Source of the DNA: Candidatus Eiseniibacteriota bacterium
GTDB lineage: Bacteria; Eisenbacteria; RBG-16-71-46; SZUA-252
Direction: 5' to 3'
Length of the DNA stretch: 46,012 nucleotides
Assembly (NCBI GenBank): GCA_043741515.1
Contig: JAYUAE010000171.1
Span: 1-46,012 of the forward strand
This document shows, piece by piece, positions 7,319 through 16,058 of the stretch. Positions within the stretch are counted from its first letter, which is position 1, and each line of letters opens with the position of its first letter. The notes beneath the pieces were generated by a model that saw only the letters and a program-made list of their open reading frames with translations, ran no database searches and had not been told where the DNA came from. Both the position numbers and the translations under genes were made by a program.

Positions 7319-9001
7319 TTATCCAGCGGGCTCGCTCATGACCCGCGAGCGGCGGATACCGTGCGAGTTCATCCGATTGTGCAGATGCTGCCGGCTGACC
7401 CCCAGCGCCCGCGCCGCGCGCGAGACGTTCTGATCGGACTGCCGCAGCGCCTCGCGGATCGTGTCCGCTTCCACGGCGTCGAGCGTCTCGCGGAGCGAGT
7501 GCTGCCCGTCCCAGCGCCGCGTCACGGGAGCGCCCAGACCGAAGAGCGAGGGCTCCAGTGCGGCCCCCTCGTCGGCCAGCGCGACCGCGCGCGCCATGGC
7601 GTTCTCCAGCTCGCGCACGTTTCCGGGCCACGGATGCCGGAGGAGGAGCTCGCGGGCCTCGGGCGTGAGCCCGCGGAGCTTCCTTTCTTGTTGTTTTGCG
7701 AACTGATCGAGGAAGTGCTGCGCCAGGAGGAGCACGTCTTCGCCGCGCTCCCGGAGGGGAGGCAGCTCGATCGGAACCACGTTGAGCCGGTAAAAGAGGT
7801 CCTGGCGGAACCGCCCGCCTTCGACTTCCACCTTGAGGTCCCGGTTCGTCGCCGCGACCAGGCGCACCTCCACCTTGCGCGAGACGGTGTCGCCCACCCG
7901 GCGGATGTTGCCGTCCTGCAGGACGCGCAGGAGCTTTACTTGTAATGAGGCCGGCATCTCGCCGACTTCGTCGAGGAAGATCGTGCCGCCGTCAGCCGCC
8001 TCGAAGAGACCGATCCGGTCCTCCGAAGCGCCCGTGAAGGCGCCCTTCTTGTAGCCGAAGAGCTCGCTCTCGAGCAGGTTCTCCGGGAGCGCGCCGCAAT
8101 TCACCGCGACGAAGTTCTTCTCTCGCCTGGGCCCGTTCATGTGGATCGCGCGGGCGATCAGCTCCTTGCCGGTTCCCGTCTCTCCCTGCACCAGAACCGA
8201 GACCTGCGTCGGGATCACTTTTTCCAGGAGCTCGATGACGCGGAGCATCTTGGGACTGCGCCCCACGAGGAGGCCGTAGCGGAAATCTTCTTTGAGTGCG
8301 CGCCGCAAATTCTGGTTCTCGATCTCGAGGCGGCTCTTGGAATCCTTCAGCGCCTCGTGCATCCGCGCGTTCTCCAGCGCCACGGAGCAGAGCGCCGCGA
8401 AGCCTTCGAGCAGTGTGATCGAGTCGGGCGTGAACTCATGCGTGATGGAATGGGAATCGATGTAGAGCACGCCGAGCACGCGTCCTGAGTTCAATATTGG
8501 AAGCGCCACGACGGTGCGGAGCGAAAGCTCGCGGACGCTCTTCCGGTCCTGGAAGAGCGAGGATCCGACCGCGTCGGGCACCCACACGGTCTCGCGGCGG
8601 TGGGCCGCTTCCTCGGCGATTCCCCACGAGATCTGGAATTCGTCCGAGGGGAGAGTGCTCTCATCCTTGTTGCGGGCAACCTCGAAGTGGAGCTTCCCAT
8701 CCTCGCGCATGAGCATGAGAAACCCACGATCGGCGTCCGCGACCTGGATCACGGCGTCGACGACACGGATGAGGAGCTCGTTGAGATCGAGGGTGCCGGT
8801 GACCGACCGCGCGGCCTGGAGCACGTGCGTGATGCGGTCGAGATCGCTTGCGACACGAGAGCGGGATGGGGATCGTGGCTCCTGGAGAAGCTCACGTTCC
8901 CACTGCGTCAAGCCCCTGCTGAGCCGTTCGAGAGGGTCAATCTCGGGCATTTCGGACGCGCTGGGATCCCTTGGTTGAGACGGATCTGGTCGCTGCGTCA
9001 T
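7319..9001 (-). CDS. sigma-54-dependent transcriptional activator, GAF sensor - AAA+ - Fis-type HTH
   Basis: Walker [19 protein letters not shown] loop (YKKGAFTGA), Walker [10 protein letters not shown]-terminal [23 protein letters not shown], and an N-terminal GAF-like domain instead of a receiver. ATG 9001 is preferred over TTG 9073, which lies upstream of the predicted -10. Confidence 0.9.
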   Translation of the reverse strand: MTQRPDPSQPRDPSASEMPEIDPLERLSRGLTQWERELLQEPRSPSRSRVASDLDRITHVLQAARSVTGTLDLNELLIRVVDAVIQVADADRGFLMLMREDGKLHFEVARNKDESTLPSDEFQISWGIAEEAAHRRETVWVPDAVGSSLFQDRKSVRELSLRTVVALPILNSGRVLGVLYIDSHSITHEFTPDSITLLEGFAALCSVALENARMHEALKDSKSRLEIENQNLRRALKEDFRYGLLVGRSPKMLRVIELLEKVIPTQVSVLVQGETGTGKELIARAIHMNGPRREKNFVAVNCGALPENLLESELFGYKKGAFTGASEDRIGLFEAADGGTIFLDEVGEMPASLQVKLLRVLQDGNIRRVGDTVSRKVEVRLVAATNRDLKVEVEGGRFRQDLFYRLNVVPIELPPLRERGEDVLLLAQHFLDQFAKQQERKLRGLTPEARELLLRHPWPGNVRELENAMARAVALADEGAALEPSLFGLGAPVTRRWDGQHSLRETLDAVEADTIREALRQSDQNVSRAARALGVSRQHLHNRMNSHGIRRSRVMSEPAG

Positions 9002-9064
9002 GGTTGCACCCACCCCTTGGTTGAGACCGGCAGGGCAAGGTCGCGCCTCTCCTTGCGCCACGCG

Positions 9065-9093
9065 AGAATACAACTGTAAAAATGCTTTGTCAA
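9065..9093 (-). promoter_or_regulatory. candidate sigma-70 promoter for the sigma-54 activator gene (TTGACA-N17-TATTCT)
   Basis: Reverse strand reads cacTTGACAaagcatttttacagttgTATTCTcgcg, in a locally AT-rich patch. The -35 (9088-9093) overlaps the stop codon of the upstream transferase gene; the -10 is at 9065-9070. Confidence 0.5.
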
Positions 9094-10121
9094 GTGACGA
9101 ACTGGGAGGTGGGACTGATGTGTCTCAGGAGGGTGCCAAAAATCGCATACGCAAGCGCAGAAACGCATAGGGCGCCGACAATTGACGGAGCGTCAGAACG
9201 CCCCCAAACCCAGACCCCGAGGACCGCATTGACGGTGGCGGCAAGGGTGACGACCCCGATCGCTCCCCACCTGCCGAACCGCTCTCCGAGGCGATGTGTC
9301 GTGTGGTCGGTACTACCTACGTAGAAGGGCCGGTGCCCGGAAATGCGGTCCCAGACCACGAATATCGAGTCGAAGATCGGGTAGGCCAGGATGGTGAGGA
9401 CCGCCGCGACATGCTGCCACGTGAAGGCGATCTCGAGCGACTGGAGCGCGAGCGCCGCGAGCACCAATCCCAGCAGATGGCTGCCCGCGTCGCCGAGGAA
9501 GATCTTCGCTGGCGGCGCGTTGTAGACGAGAAATCCCGCGCACGCTCCGATCAGTCCCCAGGCCAGCGCGAGCTGCACCGGCGCGCCGTGGACCAGGGCG
9601 AGCGCCGCGAAGCCGCCCGCGGTCACCGGTATGAGCGCGCCCAGGATTCCGTCCATGTTGTCGAGGAAGTTGATCGCGTTGAGGAGCGCCACCACGCCGA
9701 GGAGCGCCGTGATCCCGAGCAGCGCGTTCTGGCGAAACGCCGGCACCTGCGTGCCCCACCAGACGAGACACGCGCCCGCCGCGAGCTGTCCGACGAGCTT
9801 GCTGCGCGGCCCCAGCGGCCGGCGATCGTCGACGAGGCCGAGTGCCAGGGCGATGGAGGCGCCCGCGACCAGGCCCCAGGAGGGCGCCGCGACGGCGCTC
9901 CGCCCGAGCGCGCCGGCGAGGACCGGCGCGAGCACGAGGGCGGCCGCGATCGCCACTCCGCCGAGGAGCGGCGTGGCGTTTGCGTGGGCCTTGCGTGGAT
10001 CGGGATGATCAACGCAGCCGGTCGCGCGCGCGAGCCACCGCGTGAGCGGGGTCAGCGCGAGGGCGGCGAAGAATGCGAACGGAGCGATTTCGAGCAGCGG
10101 GATGCGCGCGCCCGGGATCAC
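9090..10121 (-). CDS. polyprenyl-phosphate HexNAc-1-phosphate transferase (MraY/WecA family)
   Basis: Family motifs GLVDDRRPL, NAINFLDNMDG and IFLGDAGSH, with about 10 TM helices. GTG 10121 (VIPGARIPLLEIAPFAFF...) is chosen because the longer ORF collides with the divergent flippase gene. Confidence 0.8.
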   Translation of the reverse strand: MIPGARIPLLEIAPFAFFAALALTPLTRWLARATGCVDHPDPRKAHANATPLLGGVAIAAALVLAPVLAGALGRSAVAAPSWGLVAGASIALALGLVDDRRPLGPRSKLVGQLAAGACLVWWGTQVPAFRQNALLGITALLGVVALLNAINFLDNMDGILGALIPVTAGGFAALALVHGAPVQLALAWGLIGACAGFLVYNAPPAKIFLGDAGSHLLGLVLAALALQSLEIAFTWQHVAAVLTILAYPIFDSIFVVWDRISGHRPFYVGSTDHTTHRLGERFGRWGAIGVVTLAATVNAVLGVWVWGRSDAPSIVGALCVSALAYAIFGTLLRHISPTSQFVT

Positions 10122-10188
10122 GGGGAGAGAATCACCATCCGCGAGGCGAGAACAAGGACGCGCATCGGAGCGAGTATACTGCACCGCC

Positions 10189-11547
10189 ATGCGCGGCGCA
10201 CGCATCGCCCTCTGGAGAGACCGGTCGCTTCGCTTCTCGATGGGAGCGAGCGCCACCATCATCAACGGCCTCACGGGCATTCTCCGGAACAAGTGGTTCG
10301 CGCAGCACCTCGAGGCTTCCGGAATCGGCATCCTCGCCCAGATCCTCTCGAGCCAGATCTGGCTCGGAACGGCCGCGGGCATGGGACTGGGCCTCCCCGT
10401 CGCGCGCGCGGTGGGAGCGGCCGAGGGTTCCGGGGACCGCTCCGCCGCCCGGCGGACCCTCTGGGCCGCGCTCACGCTCCTTGTGATCAGCGGCTCGCTC
10501 GTGATCGCGCTCGGCCTCCTCTTCGCGGCGCCGATCTCGCGTGCGCTCCTGGGCGCTTCGACCTACGCCCCGCTGATCCGGCTCTCGATGCTCGGGGTCG
10601 CGGGCGTCGCGCTCCAGCAAACGCTGAACGGCCTCTTCGCGGGGCGCTCCGATCTGAGAGCGCCGCTCACCCTCGCGCTGGTGGGAGGCGGGGTCTCGCT
10701 CGTGGCTGCCCTCGCGCTCGTTCCCCGCATGGGCATCGGGGGCGCGGTGCTCGCGGTGGCGATCCTCCTCCCGGCGGGTTGCGCGGGCGCGCTCCTCCTC
10801 CACCGGCGCGACTACGCCCCCCTGCTGACCTCCCGGCCGAAACCCGCCCTTCCCGCCGGGCTGGCCCGCTCCCTTCTCACGGTCTCGAGCGCGGGCCTGG
10901 CCGCCTCGCTCGTGGAACAGGGCGCCTTTCTCGTGCTGCGCTCGCACTACGTGCGCGAGAACGGGATCGAGGCGAACGGATATCTCCAGGCGGGGCTCGC
11001 GATCTCGCAGCAGGTGGGCTCGCTCTTCTACGCCTATCTCACGAGCTACGCTTTCGGGAAGATCAGCGGCGTGGCCGGGGCCGAAGGCACGCGCGCCTAC
11101 ACGCGAAAGCACTGGGCGCCGCTGATCCTCCTGGCCGCCCTTGCCCTGATCGCCACGAGGCTCGGCGCCTCGTCGCTCCTGCGCCTGCTCTACTCGCACC
11201 GGTTCGATCCCGCGCAGCCGTTGATGGCATGGGCGCTGGTGGGCGAATTCGGCCGGATCGGCCTCGTGACCTGGGCGCTGGGGTCGCTTCCGCTCGGGGG
11301 CGCCAGGCTGTGGTTTCCCATCAGTCTTGTTTTTCCCGTCACGCTCGCGATTGCGTATACGATCTTCGACGCGTACGGAGCAGGTCCGCTCAGCCTTCCC
11401 AAGGCCTACGCGACGGCGGGACTCGTGGCGGCGTGTGTCGGCGGGATCATCATGTCGCGGCGGGGCGTGTCGCTCGGCGCCCGCGACCTCGCCGTCTTCG
11501 GAGCCGGCGCGGCAGCGCTCATCGCGCTGGCCTCCGTCACGCGGTGA
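10189..11547 (+). CDS. wzx: Wzx-like oligosaccharide flippase (polysaccharide transporter/MOP superfamily)
   Basis: ~452 aa and highly hydrophobic (12 or more helices). The N-terminus GASATIINGLTGILRNKWFAQHLEASGIGILAQ resembles the second flippase at 29626. ATG 10189 is preceded by TATACT at 10175-10180. Confidence 0.65.
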   Translation: MRGARIALWRDRSLRFSMGASATIINGLTGILRNKWFAQHLEASGIGILAQILSSQIWLGTAAGMGLGLPVARAVGAAEGSGDRSAARRTLWAALTLLVISGSLVIALGLLFAAPISRALLGASTYAPLIRLSMLGVAGVALQQTLNGLFAGRSDLRAPLTLALVGGGVSLVAALALVPRMGIGGAVLAVAILLPAGCAGALLLHRRDYAPLLTSRPKPALPAGLARSLLTVSSAGLAASLVEQGAFLVLRSHYVRENGIEANGYLQAGLAISQQVGSLFYAYLTSYAFGKISGVAGAEGTRAYTRKHWAPLILLAALALIATRLGASSLLRLLYSHRFDPAQPLMAWALVGEFGRIGLVTWALGSLPLGGARLWFPISLVFPVTLAIAYTIFDAYGAGPLSLPKAYATAGLVAACVGGIIMSRRGVSLGARDLAVFGAGAAALIALASVTR

Positions 11548-11605
11548 CCGGACGATCCCAGCTTGGAGGCCATCCCTGGCTTCGCCTTGAAGGCGGGACG
11601 GCGCG

Positions 11606-13003
11606 TCAGTGCGCGCTCGGGTCGCGGAACACGCGCGCCAGGGTCAGGAATAGAATCTTCACGTCGAACGCCATCGACCAGTTCTTGATGTAGTAGAGGT
11701 CGTACTCGATCCTTCGATCCAGCGGGGTGTCACCGCGGAGCCCGTTCACCTGGGCCCAGCCGGTGATCCCCGCCTTGACGTGGTGGCGCAGCATGTAGCG
11801 CGGGATCGATGCGCGGAACTGCTTCACGAACACCGGACGCTCGGGCCGGGGACCGACGAGGCTCATGTGACCCACGAGCACGTTCCAGAGCTGCGGCAGC
11901 TCATCAAGGGACAGCCTGCGCAAGATGCCGCCAAGCCGCGTGCGGCGGGTGTCTCCCGGACGGCTCCATTCGGCCTTCCCTCCCGCCTCGGCGTCGGCGC
12001 GCATGGTGCGGAACTTGTACATCGTGAACCGTCCGCCATTCAGGCCGACGCGCTCCTGCCCGTAGAGCGCCGGTCCCGGCGAATCCAGCTTCACCGCGAT
12101 CGCGAGCAGGACGAGCAGCGGGGACAGGATCAGGAGCCCGGCCAGGGCGAACGTGAAATCGAGGGTTCGCTTGAGGACCGCGTTCCATCCCTGGCCGGGG
12201 CTCTCGGTGACCAGGATGATCGGCATGCCGTCGAAATCCTCGACGCTGGCGCTCAGCGTGAAGGTGCGCGCGAGATCGGGCACCAGCCTCACCGCGGCGG
12301 TCGAGTCGTTCAGCCGCTCGAGCGCCTCCAGCTCCGCCTCGTACTCGGAGCGGTTCAAGGCCAGATAAACCAGCTCCGCTCCGGTCCGCTCGACCAGATC
12401 CGGCAGCTCGGACACGCTTCCGATCACCCGCGTCGATCCGATCGTCTGCCCCGTCTGGCCGGCTCGGGCGGCCACCATCCCCTCGACCGCGAAACCGAAA
12501 TCCACCCCCGAGGTCATCTTCCGCTCCAGATCGGCCGCGAGGTCGCCCGTGCCGACGATGAGCACGTGACGAAGATTGCGGCGGTTGCGCCGAAGCGCCC
12601 GAAGCCCCATCCGTCCCACGGCGTGGGCGCCGCAGAGCGCGGCCGCTGCGACCGCGGCGAAGAGGAGGAGGACCGTCCGGCTCAGCTCGCCTCGCGAAAG
12701 ATAGGAGCCGAGCCCCGCGAGCGCGGTCACCGCCACAACGCCCTGGATCAGAGAGACCATCTCCTGCGACAGGCGAACGGTCCGCGAGGAGCGGTAGATG
12801 TGGAGCGAGCGGAGGGTCATGAGCGCGACCGGCGTGAGCACGGCCCCGAACCAGAGATAGAGCTGGATCGAGGGCACTCCCAGCGGGGACGGAACCCCCA
12901 GCCCGTAGAATCGAAGCCAGTAGGCGGCCAGCCAGGAGGCGGCGATCAGGACGCCGTCGAGGACAAAGAGACCGGTGGAGAAGAACTGACGATTCTTGAT
13001 CAT
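11606..13003 (-). CDS. undecaprenyl-phosphate hexose-1-phosphate transferase (WbaP/WcaJ-type bacterial sugar transferase)
   Basis: C-terminal domain LKRTLDFTFALAGLLILSPLL...YKFRTM...LDELPQLWNVLVGHMSLVGPRPERP...GITGWAQVNG. N-terminal TM bundle plus a Rossmann-like linker. Start taken at ATG 13003 (MIKNRQFF...). Confidence 0.85.
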   Translation of the reverse strand: MIKNRQFFSTGLFVLDGVLIAASWLAAYWLRFYGLGVPSPLGVPSIQLYLWFGAVLTPVALMTLRSLHIYRSSRTVRLSQEMVSLIQGVVAVTALAGLGSYLSRGELSRTVLLLFAAVAAAALCGAHAVGRMGLRALRRNRRNLRHVLIVGTGDLAADLERKMTSGVDFGFAVEGMVAARAGQTGQTIGSTRVIGSVSELPDLVERTGAELVYLALNRSEYEAELEALERLNDSTAAVRLVPDLARTFTLSASVEDFDGMPIILVTESPGQGWNAVLKRTLDFTFALAGLLILSPLLVLLAIAVKLDSPGPALYGQERVGLNGGRFTMYKFRTMRADAEAGGKAEWSRPGDTRRTRLGGILRRLSLDELPQLWNVLVGHMSLVGPRPERPVFVKQFRASIPRYMLRHHVKAGITGWAQVNGLRGDTPLDRRIEYDLYYIKNWSMAFDVKILFLTLARVFRDPSAH

Positions 13004-13153
13004 GGAGGAGGATGATACTATCCCGGCGTCTTGACCGACGCCGGAAACAAGCCATCCGTGGGAGCGGTCCTTTGGAAGGCCCGGGCGAAGCTCCTGGGCC
13101 CGGGGATCGCCCGGAACGTCGAGCGGACGAGCCACACACGATGGTGTCTGCTC

Positions 13154-14191
13154 ATGAGCCGTGTCGCACCGTTCCGGATGCCCCATCTCCCCGTCACGCA
13201 CCAGAACGAATGGCAGACGCGTGAGCTGGCGCGTGCGCTGTCGGGATTGGGGTACAACGTGGACGTGGTGGACTTCGACGAGACGCGCAGGCTACTGACC
13301 CGGGACTACGATCTGGTGATCGATCTCCATCCAAGGGCCCACCCGCTCTATGAGGGCCGGCTTGCCGCCGGCGCGAAGAGGATCTCCTACATCACCGGCA
13401 GCAATCCCGCCTTCAGCAACGCGGAGGAGCGGTCGAGGCTAGCGGACGTGAAGCGGCGACGCGGAGTGAGCTTGAAGCCGCGCCGGCAGGTGCCCGCCTT
13501 TCCGAAGCCCGAGTTCGAATCGTTCGATTCGATGACCACCTTCGCGGGGAAGACGGCGCTCTCTACCTACGCCGAGTTCCGGCTCCCACCGGTCCATCAC
13601 ATCGTGAACAGCGGCTACGACGATGTGATCCCGACCGAATCGTCTCGCCGCGACCCGAGGCGGTTCCTCTTCATGGCCAGCGTTGGGCAGGTCCACAAAG
13701 GGCTCGACCTCCTTCTCGAAGTGTTCGCGGGGGAGCCGGACCTTACCCTCGTGGTGTGCAGCATGTACGAGGCGGAGCGTGATTTCACGAAGGCTTACCA
13801 GAAGGAGCTCTATCGCACATCGAACATCCGCGCCGCCGGATTCATGGACGTGCGCTCTCGCGGCTTCGCCGAGCTTCAGGCCGATTGCGGCGCGATGATC
13901 CTGCCCTCCTGCTCGGAAGCGCAGTGTGGTTCGGTCACTGTCGCGATGTCGTTCGGGCTTCCATGCATTGTGAGCCGGCCCTGCGACATCGACGAGACGG
14001 AGATCACCACGCTCCCTGCCTGCTCTCTCGAAACAATTCGAGAAGCGGTGCGTGCGTGGGCGGCGCAGCCCGGGCGCGAGATCCAGGATCGGAGCGCAGC
14101 AACGCTCGCGCTGATGCAACGGAAGTATGCGCCACGCGATTACGCGCGCTCGATCCGCGAGGCGCTCCTCGCGACTCCGGGTGTGCCATGA
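13154..14191 (+). CDS. GT-B fold glycosyltransferase (group-1-like)
   Basis: The C-terminal half resembles a GT1/GT4 donor-binding domain (FLFMASVGQVHKGLDLLLEVF ... ILPSCSEAQCGSVTVAMSFGLPCIVS). Start set to ATG 13154. The stop overlaps the next start (ATGA 14188-14191). Confidence 0.55.
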   Translation: MSRVAPFRMPHLPVTHQNEWQTRELARALSGLGYNVDVVDFDETRRLLTRDYDLVIDLHPRAHPLYEGRLAAGAKRISYITGSNPAFSNAEERSRLADVKRRRGVSLKPRRQVPAFPKPEFESFDSMTTFAGKTALSTYAEFRLPPVHHIVNSGYDDVIPTESSRRDPRRFLFMASVGQVHKGLDLLLEVFAGEPDLTLVVCSMYEAERDFTKAYQKELYRTSNIRAAGFMDVRSRGFAELQADCGAMILPSCSEAQCGSVTVAMSFGLPCIVSRPCDIDETEITTLPACSLETIREAVRAWAAQPGREIQDRSAATLALMQRKYAPRDYARSIREALLATPGVP

Positions 14192-14970
14192 CCTGCCGGC
14201 TCTGCGGCGGAGAGACGAAGCCGCTCTTCACGCGAACGGTGCTGGGCAAGCACGAGGTCGGTTACTACCAGTGCCTCTCGTGCGGATTGACCCAGACCGC
14301 GCCGCCCACGTGGCTGGAGGAGGCCTACGTGGACGCCATCCATCCCACTGACACCGGCGTTCTGGCCCGGAACCTGGGAGCGCGGCGCGTGGTGGCGACC
14401 TTCCTGCATCTCATGGGTGTTCGCGGGGAGCCCTGTCTCGACTTCGCGGGCGGATACGGGATCTTCACGCGGCTCATGCGAGACGCAGGGTTTGAGTACT
14501 ACTGGATGGATCCCTACGCGACCAACATTGTGGCGCGGGGGTTCGAGTGGCGGCCGGGGCCGGCCGCGCCGCGCGTGGTGACGGCATTCGAAGTGCTGGA
14601 GCACCTCGTTCGGCCCCTCGAGGAGTTCCGGCGCATCGCGGAGCTGGGCGCGGAGTGGATCATCACGAGCACGGAGCTGCATCCAGGACCGAGGCCCGCG
14701 GCCGACTGGCCGTACCTCTCCGTCGAGAGCGGGCAGCACGTGGCCTTCTACCGGCCGGACACGCTGGAGCGGCTGGGCCGCGAGACCGGCTACCCTCACG
14801 TCACGGCGGGGCCCTTCTTCCAGATCTTCGCGCGGAAGCCCTTCCCCGCGTGGAAATGGCAGATGGCGGTGGGACTGGGCGCGTTCGCGTTCCCGGTGGT
14901 GAAGAAGCTCCGGCCTTCCCTCACGGTCTCCGACTGCGAGAGCATCCGCTCGCGCCTGCGAGGGGAATGA
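14188..14970 (+). CDS. class I SAM-dependent methyltransferase with N-terminal zinc ribbon
   Basis: CRLCGG...CLSCGL is a CxxC-CxxC pair, and CLDFAGGYGIF is SAM motif I. Both ends are ATGA overlaps (14188, 14967). Confidence 0.7.
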   Translation: MTCRLCGGETKPLFTRTVLGKHEVGYYQCLSCGLTQTAPPTWLEEAYVDAIHPTDTGVLARNLGARRVVATFLHLMGVRGEPCLDFAGGYGIFTRLMRDAGFEYYWMDPYATNIVARGFEWRPGPAAPRVVTAFEVLEHLVRPLEEFRRIAELGAEWIITSTELHPGPRPAADWPYLSVESGQHVAFYRPDTLERLGRETGYPHVTAGPFFQIFARKPFPAWKWQMAVGLGAFAFPVVKKLRPSLTVSDCESIRSRLRGE

Positions 14971-16058
14971 GCCGGCCCGTTCTCTACACCGGCGACATTT
15001 TCCGGCTGCAGGCCCGCGGCGGGATCACGCGCTACTTCTCCGAGCTGATTCCGCGGCTCCGGCGCCGCACGCGCATTCTCGCGGGGCTGCATCAATCGGC
15101 GGCGCTCGCGGACCGCCGGCTGCCGGCGGAAGCTGCGCGCCACATGTCCGGGTTTCGCCTGAGCCCGCGCCCCCGGGCGCTCTTCAACGAATGGATCGAC
15201 GCGAAACGCATCCGCTCCGACTCAGGCGAGATCGTGCACCCTACCTATTATCGCGATCCCGCGCGGCTCCCCGCGCTCCCCATGGTCCTCACCGTCTACG
15301 ACATGGCGCACGAGCGGTTTCCCCCGCTGTTCCGCCGGCGCTGGTGGAATTCCGGCGATCCGGCGCGGTGGAAGAATGCGATCGTGGATCGCGCCGACCG
15401 CATCGTGTGCATCTCGCAGTCCACGCAACGCGACCTGATCGAGTACCTGGGCGTGAACGAAGCGAAAACGCGGGTCATCCACTGTGGTGCGACCGACTGG
15501 AGCGGAACAGCGGCGGAGGCGATTCCGGGACTATCGAAACCGTTCTTCCTCTGGGTCGGGGAGCGCCACACGTACAAGAACTTCGCCGCCACGCTCTTCG
15601 CATGGGGCACGTCGGGGGCGGCCGGCTCGACCTCGATCCTCTGCGTGGGCGGCGGCGCGTTCCACCCCGGCGAGCGCGCGGCGGCCGCGAAGCTCGGCGT
15701 CCCCGATCGCGTCCGCCAGTCCGCCCTGACCGACCCGCAGCTCAAGTGGGCGTACGAGCACGCCGCGGGGCTCCTCTACACTTCACGGTGCGAAGGGTTT
15801 GGATTGCCGATCCTCGAGGCGATGTCGCTCGGCTGCCCTGTGGTCGCGTCGGGCACATCGTCCATGCCTGAGGTCGCGGGCGATGCCGCGACCTACGTGG
15901 ACCCCGAGGATCCCGAGAGCATCCGGGCCGGCATCGAGCGGTGCCTCGCGACCGGACGCGACGAGGTCCTGCGCAATGTGCTCCGGACGCAGGCGGCGCG
16001 TTTTTCCTGGGACCTCTGCGCGGAGGCGCACGAGGCGCTCTACCGGGAGCTGGATTGA
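14967..16058 (+). CDS. GT4-family glycosyltransferase
   Basis: SRCEGFGLPILEAMSLGCPVVASGTSSMPEV is the E-x7-E motif region, and FFLWVGERHTYKN is a typical GT4 core. Start at ATG 14967. Confidence 0.85.
   Translation: MSRPVLYTGDIFRLQARGGITRYFSELIPRLRRRTRILAGLHQSAALADRRLPAEAARHMSGFRLSPRPRALFNEWIDAKRIRSDSGEIVHPTYYRDPARLPALPMVLTVYDMAHERFPPLFRRRWWNSGDPARWKNAIVDRADRIVCISQSTQRDLIEYLGVNEAKTRVIHCGATDWSGTAAEAIPGLSKPFFLWVGERHTYKNFAATLFAWGTSGAAGSTSILCVGGGAFHPGERAAAAKLGVPDRVRQSALTDPQLKWAYEHAAGLLYTSRCEGFGLPILEAMSLGCPVVASGTSSMPEVAGDAATYVDPEDPESIRAGIERCLATGRDEVLRNVLRTQAARFSWDLCAEAHEALYRELD

Noticed and set aside
6278-7945. 555-aa plus-strand ORF spanning the unknown operon and the sigma-54 activator gene
   Set aside because: It has low-complexity Arg/Gly-rich sequence and crosses an intergenic promoter region. 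It is antisense to two ORFs that have signal-peptide/TM and AAA+ signatures.
11548-11605. Convergent gap between wzx and the WbaP-like gene (and the 21-nt convergent gap 20181-20201) as bidirectional terminators
   Set aside because: Only short stems are present (CGCCTT/AAGGCG with almost no loop; GGCGG-AAAGG-CCGCC), and they lack flanking T/A tracts. That is too weak to call terminators.
9294-11693. 799-aa plus-strand ORF across the WecA-like and Wzx genes
   Set aside because: Its composition is extremely Arg-rich (runs of RRR, GRG). It overlaps two polytopic membrane proteins with family motifs in other frames.
14183-14188. TGGCAC on the minus strand (a possible sigma-54 -24 element), and GGCACGGATTGGC on the plus strand near 6970
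   Set aside because: Neither has a correctly spaced TTGC -12 element. Both are intragenic and have no gene start downstream in the right orientation.
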